A stretch of DNA of 64,000 nucleotides from Ranitomeya imitator (lineage: Eukaryota), in the NCBI RefSeq assembly GCF_032444005.1, contig NC_091283.1, positions 500,464,001-500,528,000 of the forward strand, given 5' to 3'. Of this stretch, positions 48,731 to 60,322 are shown piece after piece (the first letter of the stretch is position 1; the number at the start of each line of letters is the position of its first letter). Position numbers and translations under genes: made by a program. The notes under the pieces are model-generated. The model made no database searches. It had not been told where the DNA came from and worked only from the letters and a program-made list of their open reading frames with translations.

Positions 48731-49745
48731 TAGAACATTTACATTTTACGGTAATTGAGCAATCAGATATCACTAGGTCTTTTGTCAAATTCTTCTTTTG
48801 TAATGCCATTATACTCTCAGGATGTCTGTATCCTAGATATCTATGCCACATGTGAATACAATTCTTGTGATCATGTGTACATAACTTCATCTGTTCCTTT
48901 AATGTGTCTAGATGATATAATTGTTCACCTGCTTTGACATTATTACCTTATCTCCCGCTAGAATTGTACAATTATCATCTTTGCATTTTACAGTAAGTTC
49001 TTTGGGTGTCAGACACTTTACAGATAACAATCCTCCTTCTAGTCCAGGAACATATAACACATCCTTTACTAGTAATTTTGAATTGTGCCCAAATCTATCA
49101 GGACAGATTAGCATTCCTTGTCAAATACCTTCTGCTGTTATTTTACTCCCATCTGCAAGATAAATTGTTTCCTTCTTATTTTCATCAAGTTCAGTAAAGA
49201 AGCTTTTATCACTAGTCATGTGACTTGTTGTTCCTCAGTCAATAAACCAGCCTGACGATGACTCTTTAGCAGTTACATTAAATGCACCATTCTAGTGATC
49301 TGCATGTGGGATAGAAATTGTGCTTTTTACTTTCTCTTTATTTTCCATTTAGTGTATTTTCTGTTGTTCTGCTTTCCATATAGTCATATAGTAGACTCTT
49401 TGTTTAAATGTCCCTCTTTCTTACATCTGAAACACTCTCTTGTCTCTGTATTTTGGGGCTTCTTGTCTGTCGCTTTAAGAGCATTTTCACTATCCCTTTA
49501 AGTGCAATCATTTATTTGCTCATTCCTTTTATGATATTCATCTATGAGTCTGGTCTTTACAAACTCTACTGTAATATCTACTTCAGGTCTTGTCTGTAAT
49601 GCGTTCATCAAAGCAGTGTATGAATGTGGTAAACGGCACAATAACATTGCAGCTATATGGCTTTCCTTAATGTCTTCACCGACTGTGAAGTGGCTTAAAT
49701 TTGGCACAACAGTGACATTACCTAGAACCATACATCTCTCCAAAA
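48731..49745 (-). pseudogene. Ty1/Copia gag-protease-preintegrase remnant
   Basis: LLCRLPHSYTALMNAL..EFVKTRLIDE (UBN2-type gag), CFRCKKEGH knuckle, WFID*GTTSHMT protease, CIHMWHRYLGYR GAG-pre-integrase motif. Confidence 0.85.
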
Positions 49746-50810
49746 TTGATGAAAAGGAAAGAAGACAAAAACGGTCTGGAAAGCTGCCATAGGCCTACAG
49801 CAACATTAAAGAAGCTGTGGGAATTTCTGGCAAGTACTGGTTGTGTACTAAAGGTAACAATAATCTATATTCTTCAGATGTTTGGACAATGGAGTAGATT
49901 GGTAAGACAAAAGTCTTTTCTTACAAAGAAAAACATTCAAGCCTGTCTATGTTTTGCCAAAACTTAATTCAAGCCTGTTAAAAACATGTGGAAAAATTTG
50001 CTATGGTCTGATGAGACCAAGGTTGAACTTTTTGTCATAATTCCAAAAGGTATGTTTGCAACAAAGCCAACACCGTGTATTAGTGGCTTTGGTGCTTTTT
50101 TTCAGCAGCTGATACTGGGGCATTTGCCATAGTACAGTGAATTATGAACAGTTCCAAATATCAATCTTGTGTCATAAACTTCTTGACACTGCTAACAATC
50201 AGCAAGTCTAAGATGAAGATGAATTTCACCATACAGCATGTCAATATCCCTAAGAATGCCTCCAAGTCAACAAAAGAATGGCTTCATCAGAAGAATATCA
50301 AGGTTTCAAAATGGTCCAGTTGTGAACGCAATTGAAAATTTGTGGGATTAAAGGCAAAAAGGAGCTCACCACACTTGCTGATCATACTGATAGCCGAGAA
50401 CTTTGTGACTGGTGGGTGCTGGATCCAGCTGGTGAACCACAGGCAAAGCAACAAGAGCATCCAGCATCCATGTGCATCCAGTAAGTATAAACATAAACAA
50501 TTATTTATTAAAAACCGTTAAAATGAACAATGTCCAAGGAAAACGTTAAAAGTGACACGTTTCTGGCAAAAACGCCCTTAGTCATATTATATCACATGAA
50601 AATTCATGAGTTGACCTGAACAGAGCAGTACACAAGAGATGACCTCGCAATTTGACAGCTCTTGCTTTTCAATTGAATTGTACAGGTTATAGGTAAGTAG
50701 GTGACATTATAGGTGGAAAACGTTCTAAACTGATTCTTCTTAGTACGGTTTATTTACATGAAAGGAACGTGACATTTTCACATAGGTGTGTAGAATTTGT
50801 ATACCCACTG
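49746..50810 (+). mobile_element. Highly degenerate Tc1 remnant
   Basis: WSDETKVELF-like and HVNIPKNASK segments; right end ...atacccactg|TA; interrupted ~50350-50590. Confidence 0.6.
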
Positions 50811-51096
50811 TATCTCTACAAATCCTGAAAGTTTAATATTCTTGCTCAGTTACCCATTATCAGAACTGAAGCCATAGACTTCCAGTGCTACTGGTAGGGT
50901 GTGGAATGTTTGGTCCTTTCATTTACCAGTCAACTATGGATTAATTGTAAGAAGTTTTATAACTGTCTGATGCTTTTCATACCGCTCGCAAAATTAATGT
51001 TAAGCGCATTACCAAAGCATATAAAACACATGATTACCCAGACAGTTGTGTATTCATTTAATAAAAATTGGTTTACGTGACACTCCCCTTCTTCCC

Positions 51097-51104
51097 TATA
51101 TAAG
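51097..51104 (+). promoter_or_regulatory. TATA box of keratin D
   Basis: TATATAAG ~100 bp upstream of ATG. Confidence 0.7.
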
Positions 51105-51197
51105 CGATCAAGAAAAGCCCAGAACATACCTTGAAGAGCCTACAGTAAGACTGATATTTAATTCTCTATCTTCTGTAATTCCACATATTTTGTAACC

Positions 51198-54100
51198 ATG
51201 AGCCACAGTGCATACTCATCTGCTGGATCACATCATGGAAAGTGTCATGTTGACAGTCATTCTCCTAGGATCTCAACCCACGTCTATGGTGTCAATCATG
51301 GAAAAACCCACAAGATTCATCATGGAGGATCTCATATTTCCCTTCATGGAGGTTCCCATACTTCACACCAAGTTGGATCCAATGTTTCCCACCATGGATA
51401 TTCTCACAAAGTTCACTATGGTGGAGGGTCCCATCTCTCACATTGTGGAAGTTCACACAAAGGCCATCATGGAAACCTGTGCAGAGCTCCAAGTGTTCAT
51501 GGAGGATCAGGAGGCAAAGGAATCTCTATCTCCACGCATTCTTCTCATGGAATCAGTCATAGTGGCCACCATAGTCATGGGAAATCCCACAGTTATGGCC
51601 TATTTAGTGTTAATGAGAAAGAAACCATGCAACATCTGAATGATCGTCTGGCATCTTATTTAGATAAAGTTCGTTCTTTAGAGCAACAAAATGCACAACT
51701 GGAAGGAAATATTCGTGACTGGTATGAGAGGAATCAACCCAGCACCTTACCTGACTTCAGCTGCTATTTCAGGACTATTCAAGAGTTACAGAGCCAGGTA
51801 AAATAATAAATGTGTACATTAAGGTCAACTGTGAGTAATTCAGTAAATGTGTTTTTCAATTGTTTATATTATCACAATCTTCTATAGATTTCATCAACAA
51901 GTATAGAAAATGCCCGCCTTGTACTACAAATAGATAATGCTCGTCTGGCAGCAGATGATTTCAGAAACAAGTAAGTAATGAACATTAGATTATTTAAGAA
52001 GTTGATCAATGAAAATAAAATAAATTGCGATTTAATTATGTTCTCAGGTTTGAAATGGAGCGTCAGTTAAGCAACTCAGCTGAGGCTGATGTGAATGGCT
52101 TGAGAATGCTTCTAGAAGAACTCAATCGGGAGACATGCAGCCTAGAAAGTCAGGTCCAAAACCTCCAAGAAGAACTGCAGCAGATGAAGAGAAACCATGA
52201 TGAGGTAAAATACATGTAAATAGTATTTAATTGTCCAAACTAATTAGTATGTGTAGTGACTTCTAAAATGTCATCATGGGAAATATTTACTGATGCTACC
52301 TACAGTAGCAGAACTACATAAGAAAACTACTTTGTTTAATTATCAGTTTCAACATAATATATTTAAATAATTAATCCTTGTACCCTGGTATACATCAAAT
52401 GAGAGTTATTGATGTAAATTGACCCAATATATTTATCAACACAGGACTTCTTGATACATGTGTCAAAAACCATAGAGAAATCAACCTGGGTGTGTTGAAT
52501 CTGAACCAAAAACACACACAGGACAAACTATTCTGGCTGCAGATGTGATTTATTTGTCTTTTTTCCAATATTTCTGTAGAGCACTAACAAGTTAATTTGT
52601 AGAAGCATATACCAAACCATAGATTGTCTATTCATAGGAAGTAAACTCTCTGCGAGCCCAGCTAGGTGCCAGAATCAATGTAGAAGTTGATGCAGCTCCA
52701 TCTGTAGATCTGAACAGGACCTTGGCTGAGATAAGGCAGCAATACGAGAATTTAATGGATCGCAATCTAAGAGAAGTAGAGGCCATGTTCCGGCAAAGGG
52801 TAAGTTTTTACAAGAATATTGTTTTATACACATAGAAGGATATATAGTATGGATTGTATTAAACAAAACCAGTTACCTCTAGATACATCTTTAAGCGCCA
52901 TTTTAGTCAGCTATACTGTATGATGACTGCATATCGGAAGTGTTACTATTACATTTACAACATCAAAGCTCCACATTATTCTACTGAACCAAAAGATCAT
53001 TAAAAAGAATTATGGAAGTCCTTCATCTGAATAGTTTTGTTCACCCATAATCTCCATTTAAAGTAAAGTGAGCAAGACCATTTTTCTAATGCAAAGTTAT
53101 CCTATTTTACACATGTAGACAGAAGATCTTAACCGAGAGGTTGCATCTGGCTCTGAGCAACTGCAGTCTGTCCAAACTGAAGTCATTGACCTGAAACGAA
53201 AAATACAAACCTTGGAGATTGAACTACAAAGTCAGTTGAGCATGGTAAGTTGATCTCCAATTCAGCTGAATTTATGAATATATGAATACATGATGGAACA
53301 CTAGGTATGTGAGGTCCAGAAGTGTCAGCAGATGTTCTTGGGCTACAATGCAAAATCTCTAACAGGATGGCCCAGCTACTTTGTTCCATTTATTGTATGT
53401 GTGTTCTAATATGGATGACAACACATTCAAGAACTTAGCCAATAAACTGTGTTTGAACATGTTTTTTATCCATCTTTTTTACTAATAATTTCTTATCGTT
53501 AATCCAGAAATCTGCCCTGGAAGGCACTTTAGCAGAAACCGAAGCTACATTTGGATCCCAGCTTTCACAGCTACAAAGTCTCATCAATAAAGTGGAGGCT
53601 CAGCTGTCTCAGATCAGATCTGATCTAGAACGCCAAAACCATGAGTACAAAATCCTCATGGACCAAAAGACCCACCTGGAAATGGAGATCGCCACTTACA
53701 AACGTCTGCTGGAAGGTCATGATATTCAGTAGGTATCTCGTCAAGCATTTGATGTTCAACATTAGCTCAGCATTCTCTAGTTAAGTTGAGAATGGTGAAA
53801 CTAGAAAAATTTTCATATTCTAAAACAATAAAGTGTATTTTTAGAGTTACAGTAACATTATTGTCATTCTTTTACAGTGGATCAGATCATTATGCTTCAG
53901 CATTCAAACATGGTATGTAGCCTGTGTTTTCATAGTCCTACCGTTTAAAAGTACAATGCATCAAAAACAGAGAGTCACATAAGAAAGGTTAAAAAATGAC
54001 CCTACTTTAGAGTGCAGGATTTTGACACTCAACACAGAAAGTGCAGTTTGTTCCCTATACTCAGGGCTTTAGTGACCCTTGGGTGGAAGCATAACTTTAA

Positions 54101-55575
54101 ACTCCTGTGCGCAAGTCAAAACATATAATCTGGTTCTCACCTACCATGTGACATTCATAAGACTAATGTCTTGTTACGTGAAACCGAAGTATTATCTCCT
54201 ACCTCTCTGCACCACCTTTAGCTATGCCCCTACTGGTGGAAGTTGTTTGCTACAGGGAAGATTAAACCAACTAAGGCTGGGTTAACTTAAACCAATGGCC
54301 CTATAGCAGCGAGATGTCTGTTTTCCCGTGGCCTACTGTACTAATATGCTCCGTATAGAATCTACATCCCATGAAAGAATAGAGATGTAATGAAAACAAT
54401 AAGCAAGGAGTGCAAAACGTGTGAAACCTGGTGATTATGTGGATTATCAAACAGGGGCCAAGTGGCCACTAACCTGCACAACCCCAGTTTGCGCTTGAAG
54501 GGATGATACCTGAGAATCATTGGACACTGCCTTGAACCACGGCTGCTGGCCAGCACTTCCGGGTTCTGGTCACGTGATCAGGGAACAGGATACGCGTCAC
54601 TGCAGGTCCTTAAGCTGGGAAGCGCGAATCTAGCATTGCCCGGACACCGCAGGTCCTTAAGCTTCTCAATGGAATTTACTATGCTCTTAGCTGCTCCTGC
54701 CGCAAACCCTCAGGAAGAGGGATACAGAATGATGTAGGAGAAAAAGGTGCAGCTGTCTGTGGAGCGCTATGGCTAAAATCTGAATGCATGGGTGAATAAC
54801 TTTTCACCCATGCATTCAGATTTTAGCCATAGCGCTCCACATGCCACTACAACTTTTTCTCCTTCATCATGAAAGAATAGAGGACACTTTGAGTGTTCCT
54901 GCCTTTAGAAACTCACTTCAAACTACATACTTCATCCTACTATTTAAATACAATTAGGAAACTCTCAGGATTTACAGGTTCTCCGCTATATTTCCTTAAA
55001 GGGAATCTGTCAGCAGGTTTTTGCTATGTTATCTGAGGTACGGGTTAAAACACATATTTCAACGATGTGTCACATGTCAGGCTGTGTGCTGTTCTTTACT
55101 TACAATAAAGGTTTTATCACTTGATGATTATCATTGCTGGGACTACAGCACATAAAGCAGTAAATGCATGCTAGTCCAACTCCACCCCCTCCTGTGATAA
55201 GCAGCTCACTGTTAATAGACAATGTACACAGAGAGCCTGATGTGGGTGGGGGTAGCTTTCTCAGCTCTGCTGAATTGCTAAATCTAAAAACTCTGATTGT
55301 GTCACAACTGCTGCACCCAGTAAACTAAGTGATACATATTTGGCTTCAGGGTGCCTACATCATGCTGCTCTCAGATGAGGTAGCAAAAACCTTTAATGTT
55401 TGGTCCTCTTTTTCAATAGTTTGATTCTATATATCTTGAGTTTGTTATGTTCTCTGCTGTAATGTCCAGCATCATTAATGTAAACCAAAAGTCGTTAATT
55501 CTCTTCTTATTTTCAGAATCTCATCACTCAATGAAGACACATCATGTTGCAAGCCATGTACACAGTAAATGCTAA
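51198..55575 (+). CDS. His-rich type I keratin D, complete, 8 exons, 480 aa
   Basis: Exons 51198-51797, 51888-51970 (83), 52048-52204 (157), 52638-52799 (162), 53119-53244 (126), 53508-53728 (221), 53878-53912 (35), 55517-55575; [31 protein letters not shown]; ends HVHSKC*. Confidence 0.95.
54385..54867. mobile_element. Unclassified insertion ending in a long perfect hairpin (intron 7 of keratin D)
   Basis: 15-bp direct repeat catgaaagaatagag (54370-54384, 54868-54882); 39-bp perfect arms 54758-54796 / 54803-54841. Confidence 0.55.
55000..55395. mobile_element. TTAA-targeting MITE, right end truncated
   Basis: TTAA|agggaatctgtcagcagg; homologous to 5355-5805. Confidence 0.55.
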
Positions 55576-57719
55576 TTAACCTTTGAAGAGAAGCGGTAGT
55601 GGATTAAACGTGTCACTTCTCATTCTTGATATATTTCTATCCATTTTCTTAATTTCTTCCTTAATTAACTTTAAAGTGGACATGAATAAGGTACAATGAC
55701 CTTCCTTCTCAGTAGACACCAGTAACATTGAGAGTAGATGTATTAAATTGGCAGGGGGATTTCATTCCTTACGTTAGAATTATAGAGGACCTAATGTCAA
55801 CGGTCTCATGGCTGTTTCAAGGTCATGGAGGCCTTAAAACAAAATATTTAGTGAGGGACCCTTTATTACCTAAGCCCCTCATACACTTTAGAGGAAAGGT
55901 GGCCAAAGATGTTGATTTTGACCGGATCAGTTATATTTTCGGGGGTAAAAGAATATTAACAACAATTTGTCCCAGGTTTTATCTTCCCCATCTGAGAGTA
56001 ACTTAAGGAAGGCTTAGAAATTCCAATTCTAATCCTCGGTCATTTCTTACTGTATTTTTGATAAAAACTTCTTTATCTACTGCTGCTAGTCAGTGATGAG
56101 CTTTCGCTATTTGGTCTTCAAAGCATTAAATTGGTAAGAGAAACTATTTAACAACCCATACACATTAAACAATAGTCAGCTAAACCCACCACTTTTGGTG
56201 TGACTGGCCATCTATCTGTTTTGTATGGGGACCCCCCAAATCCCTTCAACATTCGATGCAATGGGAGGGAAGGATAAGGTATGCTGAATTTCATGACCTG
56301 TTCCTTTTTTGCTTTCAGGAGATAAGTAAGTGGCAGACATCTCTGGCAGCGGCTTTCTCTACTCCCAAAACATATGCATGCTTAGCTGAACTGAATGTGT
56401 CTGTGTGGGGGGAGTTGGAGAGATAAGATAGCAGACATCTTGGTGTATTGCCATCTAGATATCCAGACTTTATTAGAGTTTTCAGCATGAGAGCAAATAA
56501 TATGTTAAGTAAATTATTCTAATAGTACATAAATGCTGTAGTTTACGCACATGAAGGTTAATATGTTCTTTTAGATTTCTCGGTCATTGTACCTAATTCT
56601 TCATTTATGAATATACTGTTGAGTATAAAGCACATTCAATTCGTGTTGTAATGGTTGATGATCCACTGTAAAGATTGTACATTGTGTGCTGAAGTCATGT
56701 TTCTCATGTCATATTTTCATTAAACTCTTCCTCTTTCATGCAAATGGCTATCATGTGTTTTAATAACCGATACTGTATTAGGGAGAATAATATAGGGCCA
56801 CGAAAACCAGACCCTTGTGACCCTAGTGGGTACTCATTCATTACCACTGTCTTACAGTGAAATGGTTTTTATAACAACTAATCAGAACTCAGCTTTCATT
56901 TTAACAGAGCAGTGTAAGGAATGAATGAAGCCATTCTCATTCTTCTCTGCCAGTCGTGTGGTACTCTTTGCCATAATGAAGGCCTATGGATATGGGGGGT
57001 TATGTACACTTAAGAAAAGGACCATTTTATTGGTCAATTTCCAAGCTTTCACATTCCAGCAAAAAGCAGTATACATGGTTTAGTGTAAAAAAAAAATAGA
57101 AAATGGCATGTACCTATCATTGTTGAAGACATCTAGTAGAGGATTATGAGAAGCCTGAGGAAATTGGAAGAGAAAAATTATCCCAGCTCATGTCTGCAGA
57201 TGAAGATTTTCACTTGTACTGTATTCACTTCACGTGAAGTCTACGAGTGTCAGTCAAATAGGAATCAAGGGGAACCAAATTAGTTTGTTAGTAGCATGTT
57301 GGCATATTGGATTTGGTTATAGACATGATTCTTGACAGCTATTTGGACCTGATCCAATATATTGTGCTTTATTAAGAACTAGCTGAAGAGCCCGGCGTTG
57401 CCTGGGCATAGTAAATATCTGTGGTTAGTTATAGCACCTCACTTCTCTTATTTTCCCATCACGCCTCTCATTTTCCCAATCACATTTTTCATTTTCCCCC
57501 TCATATCTCTCATTTTCTCCCTTACACCTCTCATTTTCTCCCTCACTCCTCTCATTCCCCCCTAACACTTGTCATTTCGACCTCACATCTGTCATTTTCC
57601 GATCACTCCACTATTTTCCCTCACTCCTCTTTCGACCCCACATCTGTCATTTTCCGATCACTCCACTATTTTCCCTCACTCCTCTCATTTTGCACTCACA
57701 CCGTTTCATTTTCACCTCA

Positions 57720-58250
57720 GTATATACATGTTTGTCATCTCCCTTATATATAGTATACACCTGTATGTCATCTCCTGTATATAGTATATACCTGTATGTC
57801 ATCTCCCCTGTATATATAATATACCTGCTGTGTGTCATCTCCCCTGTATATAGTATATACCTGTATGTCATCTCCTCCTATATATAGTATATACCTGTAT
57901 GTTATCTCCTTCTATATATAGTATATACCTGTATGTCATCTCCTCCTGTATATAGTATATACCTGTGTGTCATCTCCCCTGTATATAGTATATATCTGTG
58001 TGTCATCTCCTCCTGTATATAGTATATACCTGTATGTCATCTTCTATATATAGCATATACCTGTATGTCATCTCCTCCTGTACATAGTATATACCTGTAG
58101 GTCATCTGCTCCTGTATATAGTATGTACCTGTATGTCACCTCCTCTATATAGTATATACCTGTGTGTCATCTCTCCTGTATATAGTAGATATCTGTGTGT
58201 CATCTCCCCTGTATATAGTATATACCTGTGTGTCATCTCCTCCTGTATTA
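57720..58250. repeat. ~33-bp minisatellite (tatatagtatatacctgtatgtcatctcctcctg)
   Basis: About 15 direct tandem units. Confidence 0.9.
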
Positions 58251-58741
58251 GACCTCGTTCACACATTATTTGGTCAGTATTTTTACCTCAGTATTTGTAA
58301 GCTAAATTGGCAGCCTGATAAATCCCCAGCCAACAGGAAGCCCTCCCCCTGGCAGTATATATTAGCTCACACATACACATAATAGACAGGTCATGTGACT
58401 GACAGCTGCCGTATTTCCTATATGGTACATTTGTTGCTCTTGTAGTTTGTCTGCTTATTAATCTAATTTTTATTTTTGAAGGATAATACCAGACTTGTGT
58501 GTGTTTTAGGGCGAGTTTCGTTTGTCAAGTTGTGCGTGTTGAGTTGCGTGTGGCGACATGCATGTAGCGACTTTTGTGAGATGAGTTTTGTGTGGCAACA
58601 TGCATGTAGCAACTTTTTGTGTGTCGAGTTGCATGTGACAGGTTAGTGTAGCAAGTTGTGTGCAGCAAGTTTTGCGCATGGCGAGTTTTGCGCATGGCGA
58701 GTTTTATGTGTGGTGCCTTTTGAGTATGTGCAAGTTGTGTG

Positions 58742-59706
58742 TGTTAGGAGTCGAGTTTCCTCTGCTGCACAGGGGGAATCTCGATCCGTCTCCGCTGCGG
58801 TCTCCCGTTCTCCTCCAGCCGCGGTGGAGTCTGCTCGGCGGGGATGTCGCTCCCAGTGTCTTGCTCGCTCTCACTCTGTACAGAGAGTTACTGCTGCTTC
58901 TTCAGCTCCTGCCATTAAAGTCAGTGCTGGTCAGCGGCGAGCGGACTTCCCTGGGACTAAGTCCTTGTTTGCACACACTGAGCATGCCCAGAGCAAGATC
59001 TCCCGTTGGAGATCGAGGGTCATGTGCTCTGGCTGTGCAGCACATTCCATTGGTCCTCTTGGCAGGCCCTGGAAGGGCAAAGTTTCTGTGGCCACTTCCT
59101 GTCCTGCAATTATATAAACTGCGCATGACCGCACAGCCATGCGCTAGTGTACAATTGAATACGTGTGTTTGTTGTGAGTGCAAGTCGTTCATTAAATACC
59201 CCTACCCTATTGTATGACTGTTCACGTATGGTGTATGGCTGCTATCTAGCGCCCGACAAATCACTCAACGTGTCACACACGTATCAGCGTCTATTGCTGT
59301 GACCGCCAGTGCGCCAGTAGTGCGCTTCCTGACCCACGTCTGGGTGCTTAGTGGTGCCTGCCAGCACGGCACAGTTCGCACTTCGGTGCTCTAATTAAGA
59401 GTTGCCTAATACACCCTGTTGCGGTGTTGTGTCAGCAAGTGGTCTAATCGGACTTCTATCCTAGTTGGGGTTAAGTTCGCTGACTGCTTGCTCGCCTTCT
59501 ATGTGCGGTACCGCGATCCTGTGACGCAACAGGATCGCTTCCTTCACATTGGGTGAAGTTTAACCCACGCGAGTATACTTATGAGTACCGCCATATAGTC
59601 CGTCATTACTCAGCAGCAGGTTCCATCTCTGCACGGTGGACCCCGGGCTACGAACGCACCGTACACTATCAGTCTTATTATTTGGTGCATTCCGCTAGCC
59701 CTAACA
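58742..59706 (+). mobile_element. Solo Gypsy LTR (965 bp)
   Basis: TGTTAGG..CCCTAACA; perfect 5-bp TSD GTGTG; TATATAAA 59111. Confidence 0.92.
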
Positions 59707-60322
59707 GTGTGTGAGGCAACTTTTGCATGTGCTGCAACTTTTGTACATGTGGCAATTTTTCCGCGTGTGCAAGTTTTGCGTGTGGCGAGTTTTCCATGAG
59801 GTGAGTTTTTCACTTGTGGCGAGTTTTGCGTGAGCCTAGTTTTTGCATGTGGCGAGTTTTGCGCGTGGCGAGTTTTGAGCGGCGACTTTTGTGTTTCGAC
59901 TTTTATGTGGCGAGGTTGGTGTATGTGTGGTGAAATGTGTGCTGAGGGTGGTATATGTGTTCAAGCACGTGGTAGTGTGTGGCGCATTTTGTGTGTGTGT
60001 TCATATCCCCGTGTGTGGTGAGTATCCCATGTCGGGGCCCCACCTTAGCAACTGTACGGTATATACTCTTTGGCGCCATCGCTCTCATTCTTTAAGTCCC
60101 CCTTGTTCACATCTGGCTGCTGTCAATTTGCCTCCAACACTTTTCCTTTCACTTTTTCCCCATTATGTAGATAGGGGCAAAATTGTTTGGTGAATTGGAA
60201 AGCGCGGGGTTAAAATTTCACCTCACAACATAGCCTATGACGCTCTCAGGGTCCAGACGTGTGACTGTGCAAAATTTTGTGGCTGTAGCTACGACGCCTC
60301 CAACACTTTACCTTTCCACCAC

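Larger units (their letters stand above)
57379..60318 (-). mobile_element. Non-autonomous Helitron-like element with minisatellites; 5' end lost
   Basis: Minus strand gcccaggcaacgccgggc hairpin, 7 nt, CTAG|T at 57379; hosts the solo LTR 58742-59706. Confidence 0.6.

Noticed and set aside
50552-50586. Hammerhead-like string tgactaaggg..gaaacgtgtca on the minus strand within a PLE-like tail (50350-50590)
   Set aside because: No CUGANGA core and weak stems; at best a very decayed motif.
29884-55575. Assigning specific gene symbols (krt19, krt12.x, krt62, ouro) to the keratins
   Set aside because: The K19-like head motif is suggestive, but amphibian keratin orthology needs phylogeny and synteny that cannot be done here.
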